Assembly (NCBI GenBank): GCA_030537595.1
Contig: JAUNVR010000001.1
Span: 13,232 to 77,231 of the forward strand
Direction of reading: 5' to 3'
Source: Eubacteriales bacterium
Lineage (GTDB): Bacteria; Bacillota; Clostridia; Saccharofermentanales; DTU023
DNA length: 64,000 nucleotides
Made by a program: the position numbers and the translations under genes. The notes under the pieces were generated by a model that ran no database searches, was not told where the DNA came from, and was given only the letters and a program-made list of their open reading frames with translations. Shown in pieces: positions 54,851 through 63,747 of this stretch (the stretch's first letter is position 1; each line of letters begins with the position of its first letter).

Positions 54851-55726
54851 TTAGTCGTGGGGCAAAAAGCCCTGGCCACGGACTTCGTTGTAGTCCAGGA
54901 TAATCACAAAGGCCGAGGGGTCTATCTCCTTTACAATCTGGTTCAGCTGGACCTGCTGTGCACGGTTACAGGCACAGAGCAAAACATCCTTGTCGGAGCC
55001 GGAGTAAGAGCCTTTGGCCAAGAGACGGGTCGAGCCGCGCATAATTTTTTGGCCGATAATTTTGGCAATTTCTGCGCTGTCGTCCGAGATAATCATGGCG
55101 AGTTTTCCGGCGGTGAAACCGTACATCATCTTATCAATTACGATGGTCGAAACGGCTGTGAAGAGAAAGCCGTAAAGTACAGCATCTATATTTTTAAAGA
55201 CTAACCAGCCGGCAAAAATTATCGAACCATCAATGACCATGGTAATTTGGCCGATGGAAAGGTGGGGCTTAACCTTGCGGGCGGACATGATGACCAGGTC
55301 AGTTCCACCGGTGCAGGTGTTGTTATTGTAAATAATGGCGAGGCCGGCTCCGGAAAAGGCCCCAGCATAAATCGCTGCGAGTAAGTGCATACCCTGGTAC
55401 ATGCCAAGGAGGGGGACAACGAGGTCCATAAAAAAGGCGGAGATGACTAGGGTGCGGAAAGTCCGCAGGAGGTAGCCGACACCGAGATAGCGCTTAGAGC
55501 CAAGGATTATGGGGATGTTTAGGATGAGGGAGACGGTACCGATAGGCAGGAAGTGGAAAAAGTAATTGATGATAATCGCAACACCTGAGATCCCACCGGG
55601 GGCAAAGTCGGCATTACTGGCAAAATAATAGATTCCGATTGCGTAGAGCAAGGAGCCGATGCAGTCGTTAAATATTTCGCGAGGGAGATTGCGACCGGCA
55701 AAATAAGTGGACAATTTTTGCTTCAT
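54851..55726 (-). CDS. YitT-family membrane protein (DUF2179 C-terminal domain)
   Basis: ..GSLLYAIGIYYFASNADFAPGGISGVAII.. and C-terminal ..RGSTRLLAKGSYSG..VLLCA... Confidence 0.8.
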   Translation of the reverse strand: MKQKLSTYFAGRNLPREIFNDCIGSLLYAIGIYYFASNADFAPGGISGVAIIINYFFHFLPIGTVSLILNIPIILGSKRYLGVGYLLRTFRTLVISAFFMDLVVPLLGMYQGMHLLAAIYAGAFSGAGLAIIYNNNTCTGGTDLVIMSARKVKPHLSIGQITMVIDGSIIFAGWLVFKNIDAVLYGFLFTAVSTIVIDKMMYGFTAGKLAMIISDDSAEIAKIIGQKIMRGSTRLLAKGSYSGSDKDVLLCACNRAQQVQLNQIVKEIDPSAFVIILDYNEVRGQGFLPHD

Positions 55727-55840
55727 TTAACACCTCTAATAGATAGCATTTCAAGATTTCGCAAGGCCTTAAAGGAGCTGCGAAGATGCGCTTTTATGAG
55801 CATAATAGCACGAAATAAAGCAAGTAAAACAAATCGGGCT

Positions 55841-55880
55841 AAAAAGATAAGAAAGCCCGTGCAGAACGCAGGGCTTTCTT
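55841..55880 (-). terminator. terminator hairpin after the adhesin gene
   Basis: aagaaagccc / gggctttctt, a perfect 10-bp stem with a 12-nt loop. On the minus strand it is followed by atcttttt. Confidence 0.55.
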
Positions 55881-55985
55881 AAAAGAGGAGACATATGAAG
55901 AGGTGTTGTGTTAGCTTTACGCTACGAATCTATAATAAGCAATCAATATGGCAGAAAAAGCGTAAAAGCTTGAACGATTGTGAAC

Positions 55986-58388
55986 TTATTGTGATTTCCG
56001 TGCGAATAGTTGCACAGCGAGCAGCAGAACTGCCAGAGTAAAGCTGAAGGCAATTATCGGCTGTGTGTCTGCTTCGCCAGTAGCCGGTACCTGCGGCACT
56101 CTCTGCACGACCTCTCCACGAGGCACTGTTGTTTGAATCGGTACAGAGGGTGTCTCGACTGGATATGAGGGTGTCGGTGTGGTCGGCTGCGTTGGCTGAC
56201 TCGGTTCGCTTGGAACAGTTGGTGGAGGAGTTAGTGAATTTTCGACTGTAAATCCATCGCTAGGATTTCCCTTAATTACAGAATCATAGCCAGCTACTTT
56301 TTGCTCGACAATTGTGTATATAATGGCTTCGCCATTTGACTTTTCTGCTAAGTTTTTAAATTCACCTTTCCAATCATTCACTGCGCTAAGAATTAATTCT
56401 AAACCGGTGTCAAAGGGTTCAGCTTGATTCGCAACTTTAGCAAAGAGTTTAATTGTAACGCTATCAGGACGTAGCTTCTGCTCATCATTCTTATCAAGCC
56501 AAGCTTTTTCAACTGGGATGCTGATCAGGCCACCTTCGGGGGTTCCGATGATCACTCTACCATTAGAGCCAATCCCTCCACCTCGGCTTGCAGATTTATT
56601 TCCGCTGATTATGACTTTTGCAAGTTGCTGAGTTAAATTATTCCCGCTTAGGCCGGCTTTCAATGCGAGAAACTCACCATACTGGAGCTCGCCTTTTAAA
56701 TCTTTTACACTAGGCTGCGAGAAGGTCCAATTGTATGCCTGTCCACCTAGCATGTATTCTGAGATTTCATAGTTGGGATTACCCGAATGGAGTCCAAATA
56801 AATAACTGCTTAAAATATAAATATCGTGGGCGTCTTGATGTGTTTGCTGAATTGGATCTGCGCCCCAAGTTTTGGATGCATTTGCAGATTTATTATTGTA
56901 AATTGCGGCACCATCGGTCAGATGTATTTCTGTCTTTGTAACTGGACAGGCCGCATAGCCGCCACCTTCCCACTCCGATTCGTTATCTATAATTAGAGCA
57001 TTCTTTAAATATAGTGTTCCAAGATCATTATCTTCTACATTTGAAGAACCATTCACATAGATTCCTCCACCACCGAAGGCATGGCCTGTTTCGCTATTGC
57101 GGGTAACCTGATTATTTAGGATGAGTCCTGCGTTAATATAAGCCTTGGCTGGCAGGCCGACACATGTCTTTTTATTATCTTCATAAAAGCAAAACTTTGT
57201 CGATATAAAAATTCCTCCACCAGTACCTCTAGCTGTATTACGGAGGATTTCTCCCCCTTCCATATATAATTCATCGATACCTTCAGACCAGACTCTCGAG
57301 CCCACACTAATTCCCCCGCCAATCTCATCAGAGAAATTATCTGAAATTTCGGCAAAAGCAGTAAGGGTAAGCTTAGACCCTCCCATGATAGTGATACCAC
57401 CTCCAGATGCCCTATAATCACCTTGGTTGCCATCTGGCTCTGTATTAGAATTTAAAGCTTTATTCGCACTGACCCTTCCGCCAGACATTTCCATTACGGA
57501 TTTATTAAGGTAAATGCCGCCCCCAAAAGTTGAGATATTGTTTTTTATCTCCCCCCCGGACATAATGATTTTGCCTCTTAATGAATAGATGGCACCACCC
57601 TTAAAATCATTTGTAGAACTCCATTTTGCATTGTTTTGTAAAACGGTCCCATCTTCTATCGTTAAAGTGCCAGCATTAAGATCAACTAAACTACCTTTAG
57701 TATAAGTAGAAGGATATTTCCCATCGGTTTGACAGTTGCCATCCACGGTGATGTCTTTTAGGCTTGCTTCACCCCCATTCAACCTCAGGAGATCATCTTG
57801 GAAAAGATTACCTTCAGGGCTCTTGTATCTTTTTAAGATAGCTTTTGTGCCTGCGAGTGATATCTCGTCCGCAATTTCCACAGTTCCACAAACATAAATA
57901 GTATCTATATTTTGATTTTCTTCGGCTAATTGCTTGGCGCGAGCGAAGGTTTTGACAGCATTATCAGGAGATAGGCCATTATTATTGTTATCGCCATTTT
58001 CTCCGTTTAGATATATTGCCGTAGTATCCTGAAGCGGAACAGGGGTCCCGGGGTCAGATAAAGGAGTGGAGTCAACATTCGGAGATTCCTCCACAGCGGT
58101 ATCGCGATCAGCATCGCCCCCATCCGTACTCTCGTCTGAACCTACAGTATTCGGAGAATCAGAATCGAGATCCGTATCATCAAGAGGCTGATGATCAGAA
58201 TCAGAATCTGGCTTCGCGCCGGGAGCCTGATTATTTTCTTCTGTAACACTACCATTGCCATCACCACTACCATTGCTATCGCCAGATGGGTCATCTGCAA
58301 ATAGCATGACAGTATTCAAGAGTAGACTAATAATTAGGATTAGTGCTATAGAGCTGTATTTAAGCCCTTTCGAGATTTTTCTTGACAT
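55986..58388 (-). CDS. cell-wall-anchored surface protein: signal peptide, Pmp-like GGxI parallel beta-helix repeats, CnaB-type domain, Pro/Thr-rich stalk, VPATG sorting signal
   Basis: Repeated GGAIY/GGGIY/GGGIT/GGGIS/GGGIF motifs. CnaB-like ..VEKAWLDKNDEQKLRPDSVTIKLF..NDWKGEFKNL..IIYTIVEQKVAGY... C-terminal VPATGE plus a hydrophobic helix plus RKSQ. ATG 58388 follows GGAGGT. Confidence 0.75.
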   Translation of the reverse strand: MSRKISKGLKYSSIALILIISLLLNTVMLFADDPSGDSNGSGDGNGSVTEENNQAPGAKPDSDSDHQPLDDTDLDSDSPNTVGSDESTDGGDADRDTAVEESPNVDSTPLSDPGTPVPLQDTTAIYLNGENGDNNNNGLSPDNAVKTFARAKQLAEENQNIDTIYVCGTVEIADEISLAGTKAILKRYKSPEGNLFQDDLLRLNGGEASLKDITVDGNCQTDGKYPSTYTKGSLVDLNAGTLTIEDGTVLQNNAKWSSTNDFKGGAIYSLRGKIIMSGGEIKNNISTFGGGIYLNKSVMEMSGGRVSANKALNSNTEPDGNQGDYRASGGGITIMGGSKLTLTAFAEISDNFSDEIGGGISVGSRVWSEGIDELYMEGGEILRNTARGTGGGIFISTKFCFYEDNKKTCVGLPAKAYINAGLILNNQVTRNSETGHAFGGGGIYVNGSSNVEDNDLGTLYLKNALIIDNESEWEGGGYAACPVTKTEIHLTDGAAIYNNKSANASKTWGADPIQQTHQDAHDIYILSSYLFGLHSGNPNYEISEYMLGGQAYNWTFSQPSVKDLKGELQYGEFLALKAGLSGNNLTQQLAKVIISGNKSASRGGGIGSNGRVIIGTPEGGLISIPVEKAWLDKNDEQKLRPDSVTIKLFAKVANQAEPFDTGLELILSAVNDWKGEFKNLAEKSNGEAIIYTIVEQKVAGYDSVIKGNPSDGFTVENSLTPPPTVPSEPSQPTQPTTPTPSYPVETPSVPIQTTVPRGEVVQRVPQVPATGEADTQPIIAFSFTLAVLLLAVQLFARKSQ

Positions 58389-58620
58389 CTTATACCTCCA
58401 TTGAAAACGCAATTAGAATCTTGCTATGTTTCCCTCCGTTTATATATACATATTTAATAAATTTTTGTCAAAAAATTTAAGTAACATTTATGTATTGAGG
58501 CCGTAATTTAGGGTGAGGTTTAAATGATTCAGTATATTTCTGATTAATTTTATTATTTAAGGCCTAAAAAGTCTTGGCGAATATGCTATTGTAGGATGGT
58601 TTACGAGAGAGGAGTTAAAA

Positions 58621-60054
58621 ATGTTGCAATGGATCTCGGTTGGGGCGCTGCTCTTGTACTTTACAGTTCTCATGCTGGCAGTGCTGAGGGAGAAGAAAAA
58701 CCAGACGGTTGAGGACTATTTCTTTGCCGGGCGAAGCTTACCCTTTTGGGCCTTATCGATTACATTCATCGCCTCTTGGTGGGGCGCAGGTTCAGCCTTG
58801 TCGACTGCAGACTTAGCCTTTGCCGATGGGCTCGGGGCTTTCTGGTACTATGGGGTGCCAGTTCTGTTGGCGACTTTTTTAATGACCTTACTTGCTGCGG
58901 CAATTCGCAAACTGCCTTTTTTGACCCAGGGGCAGATGATGGAGTCTCGTTATTCGCCTAAGGTTGCGAAGCTCCTTTCAGTCTTTATTTTCCTCTTTAT
59001 GACTTTTTCTGCGGCTTCGCAGATGGTCGGCGTGGGTAAGTTTTTTGGTAATTATCTGGGCTTGTCCTATGAGTGGGCTGTGGTTTTAGGCACATCAATT
59101 GTTTTTATTTACTCGATTTTTGGTGGTTTTCGGGGTGTTGTCTTAACCGATATTATCCAATTTGTACTGCTTTTGCTTTCAGCAATAATTGTGTTTATTG
59201 TGGCTTGGAAGCAAAGTGGAGGCTGGACGGCGATTGCTGTAGAAGCCTCTGCTGCTGGTAAGCTCTCCTATTTAGACTTTGCTGGGACTTGGCGGAAGTA
59301 TATTTCCTATGTTCTGGCCTTTGCTTTGGCCTGGACTATTCAGGCAAATGTTTGGCAGCGGATTTCGGCGACCAGGACGGTAAAGGATGCCAGAAAGATG
59401 ACGGCTTTGAGCTTTATTCTTTATATTCCACTTTATTTAATTGTAGTTTTGACCGGGATGGCTGCCTTTAAACTTTATCCTACTCTCCCTGAAGGTGGGG
59501 TGGTGGCAGCTGTGGTCCAGGATTATTTAGCCCCGATTCCAGCGGCTTTAGTCTTTATTGGGATTTCAGCGGCGATTATGTCAACTATGGATTCTTTAAT
59601 CAACACGGGGGCGATGACCTTGACCATAGATCTCTGGGGCCAGAAAGGGCAGAGTGCCTTACAGCGTTCGCGCTGGTCGACGGCGATCGTGACCTTGATT
59701 GCCTTTACTGTAGCGCTCAGAATTCGCTCGATTTTAGATGTGACTTGGATTGCTTCTGATGCGATTACGACTGGGGTCTTGGTCCCCTTATTGCTCGGAT
59801 TCTTTTGGCGGCGGGGTAATAGTAAGGGGGCCTTTGCTTCAATGCTGGCTGGCTTAATCTTTACTTTAATCCACCTCAGTGTGAGCTTTGGTTTGCCCTT
59901 AGCCTTACCCTGGGAGCTGCATTCAACAAAGCAGATAATGGCCGGGGTGCTTTTATCTCTTCTGGTCTATGTCGTAGTGAGCTTATTGACCCCGGCCGAG
60001 TATGAAAAGGCGGATAAATTTCGTCAGGCGGCAGGCCTGAAAAGCCCTAAGTAA
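58621..60054 (+). CDS. sodium:solute symporter (SSS) family transporter
   Basis: 477 aa, about 13 hydrophobic helices, ..YFFAGRSLPFWALSITFIASWWGAGS.. is typical of the SSS N-terminus. Confidence 0.8.
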   Translation: MLQWISVGALLLYFTVLMLAVLREKKNQTVEDYFFAGRSLPFWALSITFIASWWGAGSALSTADLAFADGLGAFWYYGVPVLLATFLMTLLAAAIRKLPFLTQGQMMESRYSPKVAKLLSVFIFLFMTFSAASQMVGVGKFFGNYLGLSYEWAVVLGTSIVFIYSIFGGFRGVVLTDIIQFVLLLLSAIIVFIVAWKQSGGWTAIAVEASAAGKLSYLDFAGTWRKYISYVLAFALAWTIQANVWQRISATRTVKDARKMTALSFILYIPLYLIVVLTGMAAFKLYPTLPEGGVVAAVVQDYLAPIPAALVFIGISAAIMSTMDSLINTGAMTLTIDLWGQKGQSALQRSRWSTAIVTLIAFTVALRIRSILDVTWIASDAITTGVLVPLLLGFFWRRGNSKGAFASMLAGLIFTLIHLSVSFGLPLALPWELHSTKQIMAGVLLSLLVYVVVSLLTPAEYEKADKFRQAAGLKSPK

Positions 60055-60071
60055 AGGGGATAGAGCTTATC

Positions 60072-60656
60072 TTAGTTCTTTTGACTTTCTCTTAAAGCCT
60101 TTGGCAGTCTGTAATCTGGCAAGATAAAGGCGATGCCCATCATTAAGAGACCGGTGATTAAAAGACCGCTAAAGCCGAGTCCTAAGACTGAGGGGTAGTC
60201 CTCGCTGAGCTTAAAGAGCGTCAGTTTACCCCAGTCCAGGGCAGTGAAAATCCCTGTTTTGGCGATTGCCCCATAGCTCAGGTTAAATAAGACTGCGCCA
60301 CACAGCCCACCGAGTAGAGCAAAGAGGCCTTTTTGCCAGCTTTGTCTGCTGCCGAGAGCGGCCATGCAGGTTCCCGGGCAGGTACCCCCGAGGGCAAAGC
60401 CTAGGGCAAAGATGAGGCCACCGACAATTACACCGAGGTGCATATTTTTTACGCTAAGATGAGCGAGATTGAAGATGCCGAGCATCTGGGCGAGGGCTAA
60501 AAGAACGCTAGATAAGCCGATTGCAAAGAGGATGCTTTTCATCAGGCTAAAGTCTTCGAGCCGCAGCATGCCTTCGATTTTCGAGGGTAGGTGGGCGCCG
60601 ACCTGGTAGAGAGCAAAGCCGAAGAAGCCACCGAGTATAATTGCTTTAATTAACAT
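60072..60656 (-). CDS. YeeE/YedE-family (sulfur/selenium transport-related) membrane protein, half-size
   Basis: 194 aa, 4-5 helices, conserved Cys loop GGTCPGTC. Confidence 0.75.
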   Translation of the reverse strand: MLIKAIILGGFFGFALYQVGAHLPSKIEGMLRLEDFSLMKSILFAIGLSSVLLALAQMLGIFNLAHLSVKNMHLGVIVGGLIFALGFALGGTCPGTCMAALGSRQSWQKGLFALLGGLCGAVLFNLSYGAIAKTGIFTALDWGKLTLFKLSEDYPSVLGLGFSGLLITGLLMMGIAFILPDYRLPKALRESQKN

Positions 60657-60673
60657 TTTCTAAACCTCCTGAG

Positions 60674-61294
60674 CTACTGCTTATAATTTTTACGAGCACG
60701 TAAAAAGGCTAGGGGGATCGCAAGGCCAAAGACGACGAGCGCAAAGATATAGCCGCTGATACTGGATTGCATAATCCCGCTCATCATATGCCCACTGGTG
60801 CAGCCTCCGGCCAGCCGTGCGCCAAAGATCAGCAAAAGACCTGCTAAAAACGACAGGCCGTAAGCACTGTGGTTGATTGGCTCATTTAATTGATTAATAA
60901 TCTCGGCGTCGCTTTTCCGTGCCAGCTTATCTTCTTTCGCAGCCTGCTTAAACTTAGCCAGTTCCTGCTTACGCTCACGGCGCTTAGAATCTAAGCTCGA
61001 GCCCAGGAAAACTCCGAGCGGAATTGCCAGAACGAAGACCATGCCATAGTTCAGGGGGTGAGCTACAGCCTTAGCGAGCTTTCCTCCGCTTTTATTTAAG
61101 TAGGCATTAGTCGAAGCATAGCCTGATTTACTCTCAGCGTCCTCGTAAACCAGAGTCGGCTTAAAGACGCGCTGAGCCATGCCGGCAGCGACGCTAAACT
61201 GAGTTGAAACACCAATCGGCTTGACCCAAAGTACAGCAAAAAAGAAGGATAAGCCGAGTAGAATGGCTGGAAATAGCCATGTTTTCTCTTTCAT
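60674..61294 (-). CDS. YeeE/YedE-family membrane protein, half-size partner
   Basis: Conserved Cys loop GGCTSGHMMSG. ATG 61294 follows AAGGAG. The ORF-track start at 61363 has no RBS. Confidence 0.75.
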   Translation of the reverse strand: MKEKTWLFPAILLGLSFFFAVLWVKPIGVSTQFSVAAGMAQRVFKPTLVYEDAESKSGYASTNAYLNKSGGKLAKAVAHPLNYGMVFVLAIPLGVFLGSSLDSKRRERKQELAKFKQAAKEDKLARKSDAEIINQLNEPINHSAYGLSFLAGLLLIFGARLAGGCTSGHMMSGIMQSSISGYIFALVVFGLAIPLAFLRARKNYKQ

Positions 61295-61493
61295 AAGTAA
61301 AACTCCTTTGTCCATAAACTGTTTCCCTAGTATATTGATGAAGCTTAAAACTGGCTGTAACAACTGCTAGGTGAGAGGATCTATGGCATAAAAATGCCTG
61401 GCTTTTAGGCAAGTGCTAGAAAAAATTCTGAAAATAGACTAGAATTATTTGTAGAAATCACTGCGCTAATCGGCGCAAAAAGAGAGGTGTCTC

Positions 61494-61757
61494 ATGCTTA
61501 GCAAGGAATATACAGTTAAGAATCCGTCCGGCCTACATCTGCGTCCTGCAACGATTTTTTCACAGGCTTGCGCTAAATTGGATTCTGAGATTCGGATTCT
61601 TTTTAAGGATAAGGTAATCAACCCGAAGTCGGTTTTAATGCTGATGGGTGCTGGGATTACTAAGGATTCAGAAATCGTGATCGAGGTCGATGGCCCGAAC
61701 GAAGAAGCCGACTTGGCAAGTATCATTGAGACACTGGAGTCCGGGCTTGGCGAATAG
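61494..61757 (+). CDS. ptsH: phosphocarrier protein HPr
   Basis: 87 aa with His15 in GLHLRPA and Ser46 in NPKSVLMLM. Confidence 0.9.
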   Translation: MLSKEYTVKNPSGLHLRPATIFSQACAKLDSEIRILFKDKVINPKSVLMLMGAGITKDSEIVIEVDGPNEEADLASIIETLESGLGE

Positions 61758-61791
61758 CAAAGAATAATTAAAAAGCTGAGGCTTTTAAGAT

Positions 61792-61822
61792 AAAAGGGCG
61801 AGTTAGAAAACTCGCCCTTTTT
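61792..61822. terminator. terminator shared by convergent ptsH and ptsI
   Basis: aaaagggcgag-ttagaaaa-ctcgcccttttt, a GC-rich stem with a T5 run on the + strand and an A-run on the left for the minus strand. Confidence 0.75.
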
Positions 61823-61898
61823 ATTACTCATAGTTTAATTAATTACTTTTACTTATAGCTTAAAACTCTAGCTAATTGGCTGAGTAGCGCTTAAGAAG

Positions 61899-63581
61899 CT
61901 AGGCTCTAGCTTTTAAAGCTGCTTCAACTTCCTCAATCGTCGAAAGTCTTAAAACTTCCAGGGCAAAGGCTTTGGCCTCGGCATAATTCAGCTGTTGCAG
62001 GCGGTTTTTAATGACTGCCATGTCACCAGCGGACATCGAGAATTCATCGAGCCCAAAGCCGAGTAAAAGCTCAGTAACTTCAGGTCGACCAGCAAATTCA
62101 CCGCACATTCCGACCTCAATTCCGGCCTCGTTAGCGGCCTTAATCGTCTTATAGATGGCTCTAAGCACAGCTGGATTCAAGGGGTTATAAAGCTCGGCCA
62201 GCTTATTGTTACCGCGGTCGCAGGCCAGCACATACTGGGTTAAATCGTTGGTCCCAATGGAGAAGAAGTCGACTTCCTGAGCCAGTTCCTCGGCCATTAA
62301 GACGGCGGCCGGAGTTTCGACCATAATGCCTTGGGGAGTTTCAGGGTCAAAGTCGATTCCTGCAGCCTTTAGCTCGGCCTGGGCTGCCTCACAGAGGGCT
62401 TTAGCCCGGCGGAATTCTCCCGGTGAGACGATCATTGGGTACATAATCTTTAAATCACCAAAGGCAGAAGCACGAAGGGCTGCCTTAAGCTGAGTTTTAA
62501 ACATTTCCTCGCGGTCGAGGCAGAAGCGGATTGCACGCCAGCCGAGGAAGGGGTTTTCCTCAACTGGGAAGCTGTAATAGGGGAGTGCCTTATCGCCGCC
62601 GATATCGAGGGTGCGCAGGATCAACTCTCCGCCGTTGAGGGCGGTGATTGCGCTCTTATAGACCTCAAATTGCTCGTCCTCACTAGGCCAGTTAGCAGAA
62701 TTCATAAAGAGGAATTCAGAGCGGAAGAGGCCAACTCCTTCAGGTTTAAAGGGCAGGGCTAAGTCGAGGTCGGCGAGGCTGCCGAGGTTGGCATAAACTT
62801 TTAGGAGCTTCCCGTCAGTGGTCAGAGCTGGTTTAGCTGCTGCAGACTTTAACTCTTCTTCGGCAGCTAGAAAGTCCTCGCGTAGCTGGCGATAGCGCTC
62901 CTCTGTGGCGGCATCGGGGTCGATCAAAATTTCGCCGCTCGCGGCGTTAAAGGCCAGAGTTTTGGCATCCTTACTAGCCTCTAAAATCTCGCTCACTCCG
63001 ACCAGGGCAGGGACGCCGAGGCTTTTCGACATGATTGCGACATGCGAGGTCACACCTCCGGCGGCGGTGATAAAACCGAGGACTAGCTGGAGGGGAAGCT
63101 TCGCGGTGTCTGAGGGCAAGAGATCCTGGGCTAAGATGATGGAGGGCTCTTTTAGGTCCTCAAAGGGGTTACCGCTCTTACCCTGGAGGGTTAAAATTAA
63201 GCGCTCGCCGATGTCTCTAACATCGTCCTCACGCTCTCGTAAATACTCATCTTCCATTGCGGCAAAGACCTCCCTGATTTCCTTTACGGCATCATGGGTG
63301 GCCTGCTCAGCAGAAGCGCCCTGCTCGATTTTCCCCTTGACCTGATCGGCTAACATAGGATCATTGGCAATTGCCAGGTGACCGGCAAAAATCGGGTTTT
63401 CTTCAGCTAGGGCTAAAAGCTCATCAGCTAACTTGGCAACCGCCTGTTCGAAACGTTTCCATTCCCGGCTTGGATCTTCTGCCTTACTTTGCTCAATTTT
63501 CAAATCTGTCTTTTCTAAGCGGAAAATCGGGCCGATAGCAATGCCCCGGGTAAAAGTTTTTGCTGCGCTGAGTTCTTTCAT
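61899..63581 (-). CDS. ptsI: phosphoenolpyruvate-protein phosphotransferase (PTS enzyme I)
   Basis: ..GGVTSHVAIMSKSLGVPALVG.. phospho-His region and ..FFSIGTNDLTQY.. PEP-binding motif. 560 aa. Confidence 0.95.
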   Translation of the reverse strand: MKELSAAKTFTRGIAIGPIFRLEKTDLKIEQSKAEDPSREWKRFEQAVAKLADELLALAEENPIFAGHLAIANDPMLADQVKGKIEQGASAEQATHDAVKEIREVFAAMEDEYLREREDDVRDIGERLILTLQGKSGNPFEDLKEPSIILAQDLLPSDTAKLPLQLVLGFITAAGGVTSHVAIMSKSLGVPALVGVSEILEASKDAKTLAFNAASGEILIDPDAATEERYRQLREDFLAAEEELKSAAAKPALTTDGKLLKVYANLGSLADLDLALPFKPEGVGLFRSEFLFMNSANWPSEDEQFEVYKSAITALNGGELILRTLDIGGDKALPYYSFPVEENPFLGWRAIRFCLDREEMFKTQLKAALRASAFGDLKIMYPMIVSPGEFRRAKALCEAAQAELKAAGIDFDPETPQGIMVETPAAVLMAEELAQEVDFFSIGTNDLTQYVLACDRGNNKLAELYNPLNPAVLRAIYKTIKAANEAGIEVGMCGEFAGRPEVTELLLGFGLDEFSMSAGDMAVIKNRLQQLNYAEAKAFALEVLRLSTIEEVEAALKARA

Positions 63582-63747
63582 AATACATCTCCATTTCTGC
63601 TCTAAATGGCAAGACTATATACAGTCAGAATTTCTGCATTAATTATATCATCATTGACTGCACGGCGAGACTTGACTAAAGTCAATGTGTTAGCAAAAGC
63701 TAATATTATGATAATTAAAGTCTTAAAGATAAACTTAGGGGGTCCTT

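Noticed and set aside
55895-56041. A 48-codon ORF (MKRCCVSFTLRIYNKQS...) with AGAGGAG 4 nt upstream, starting just after the adhesin terminator.
   Set aside because: Its 3' third overlaps the adhesin gene on the opposite strand, the RBS spacing is short, and the composition is that of an AT-rich spacer. It is probably fortuitous.
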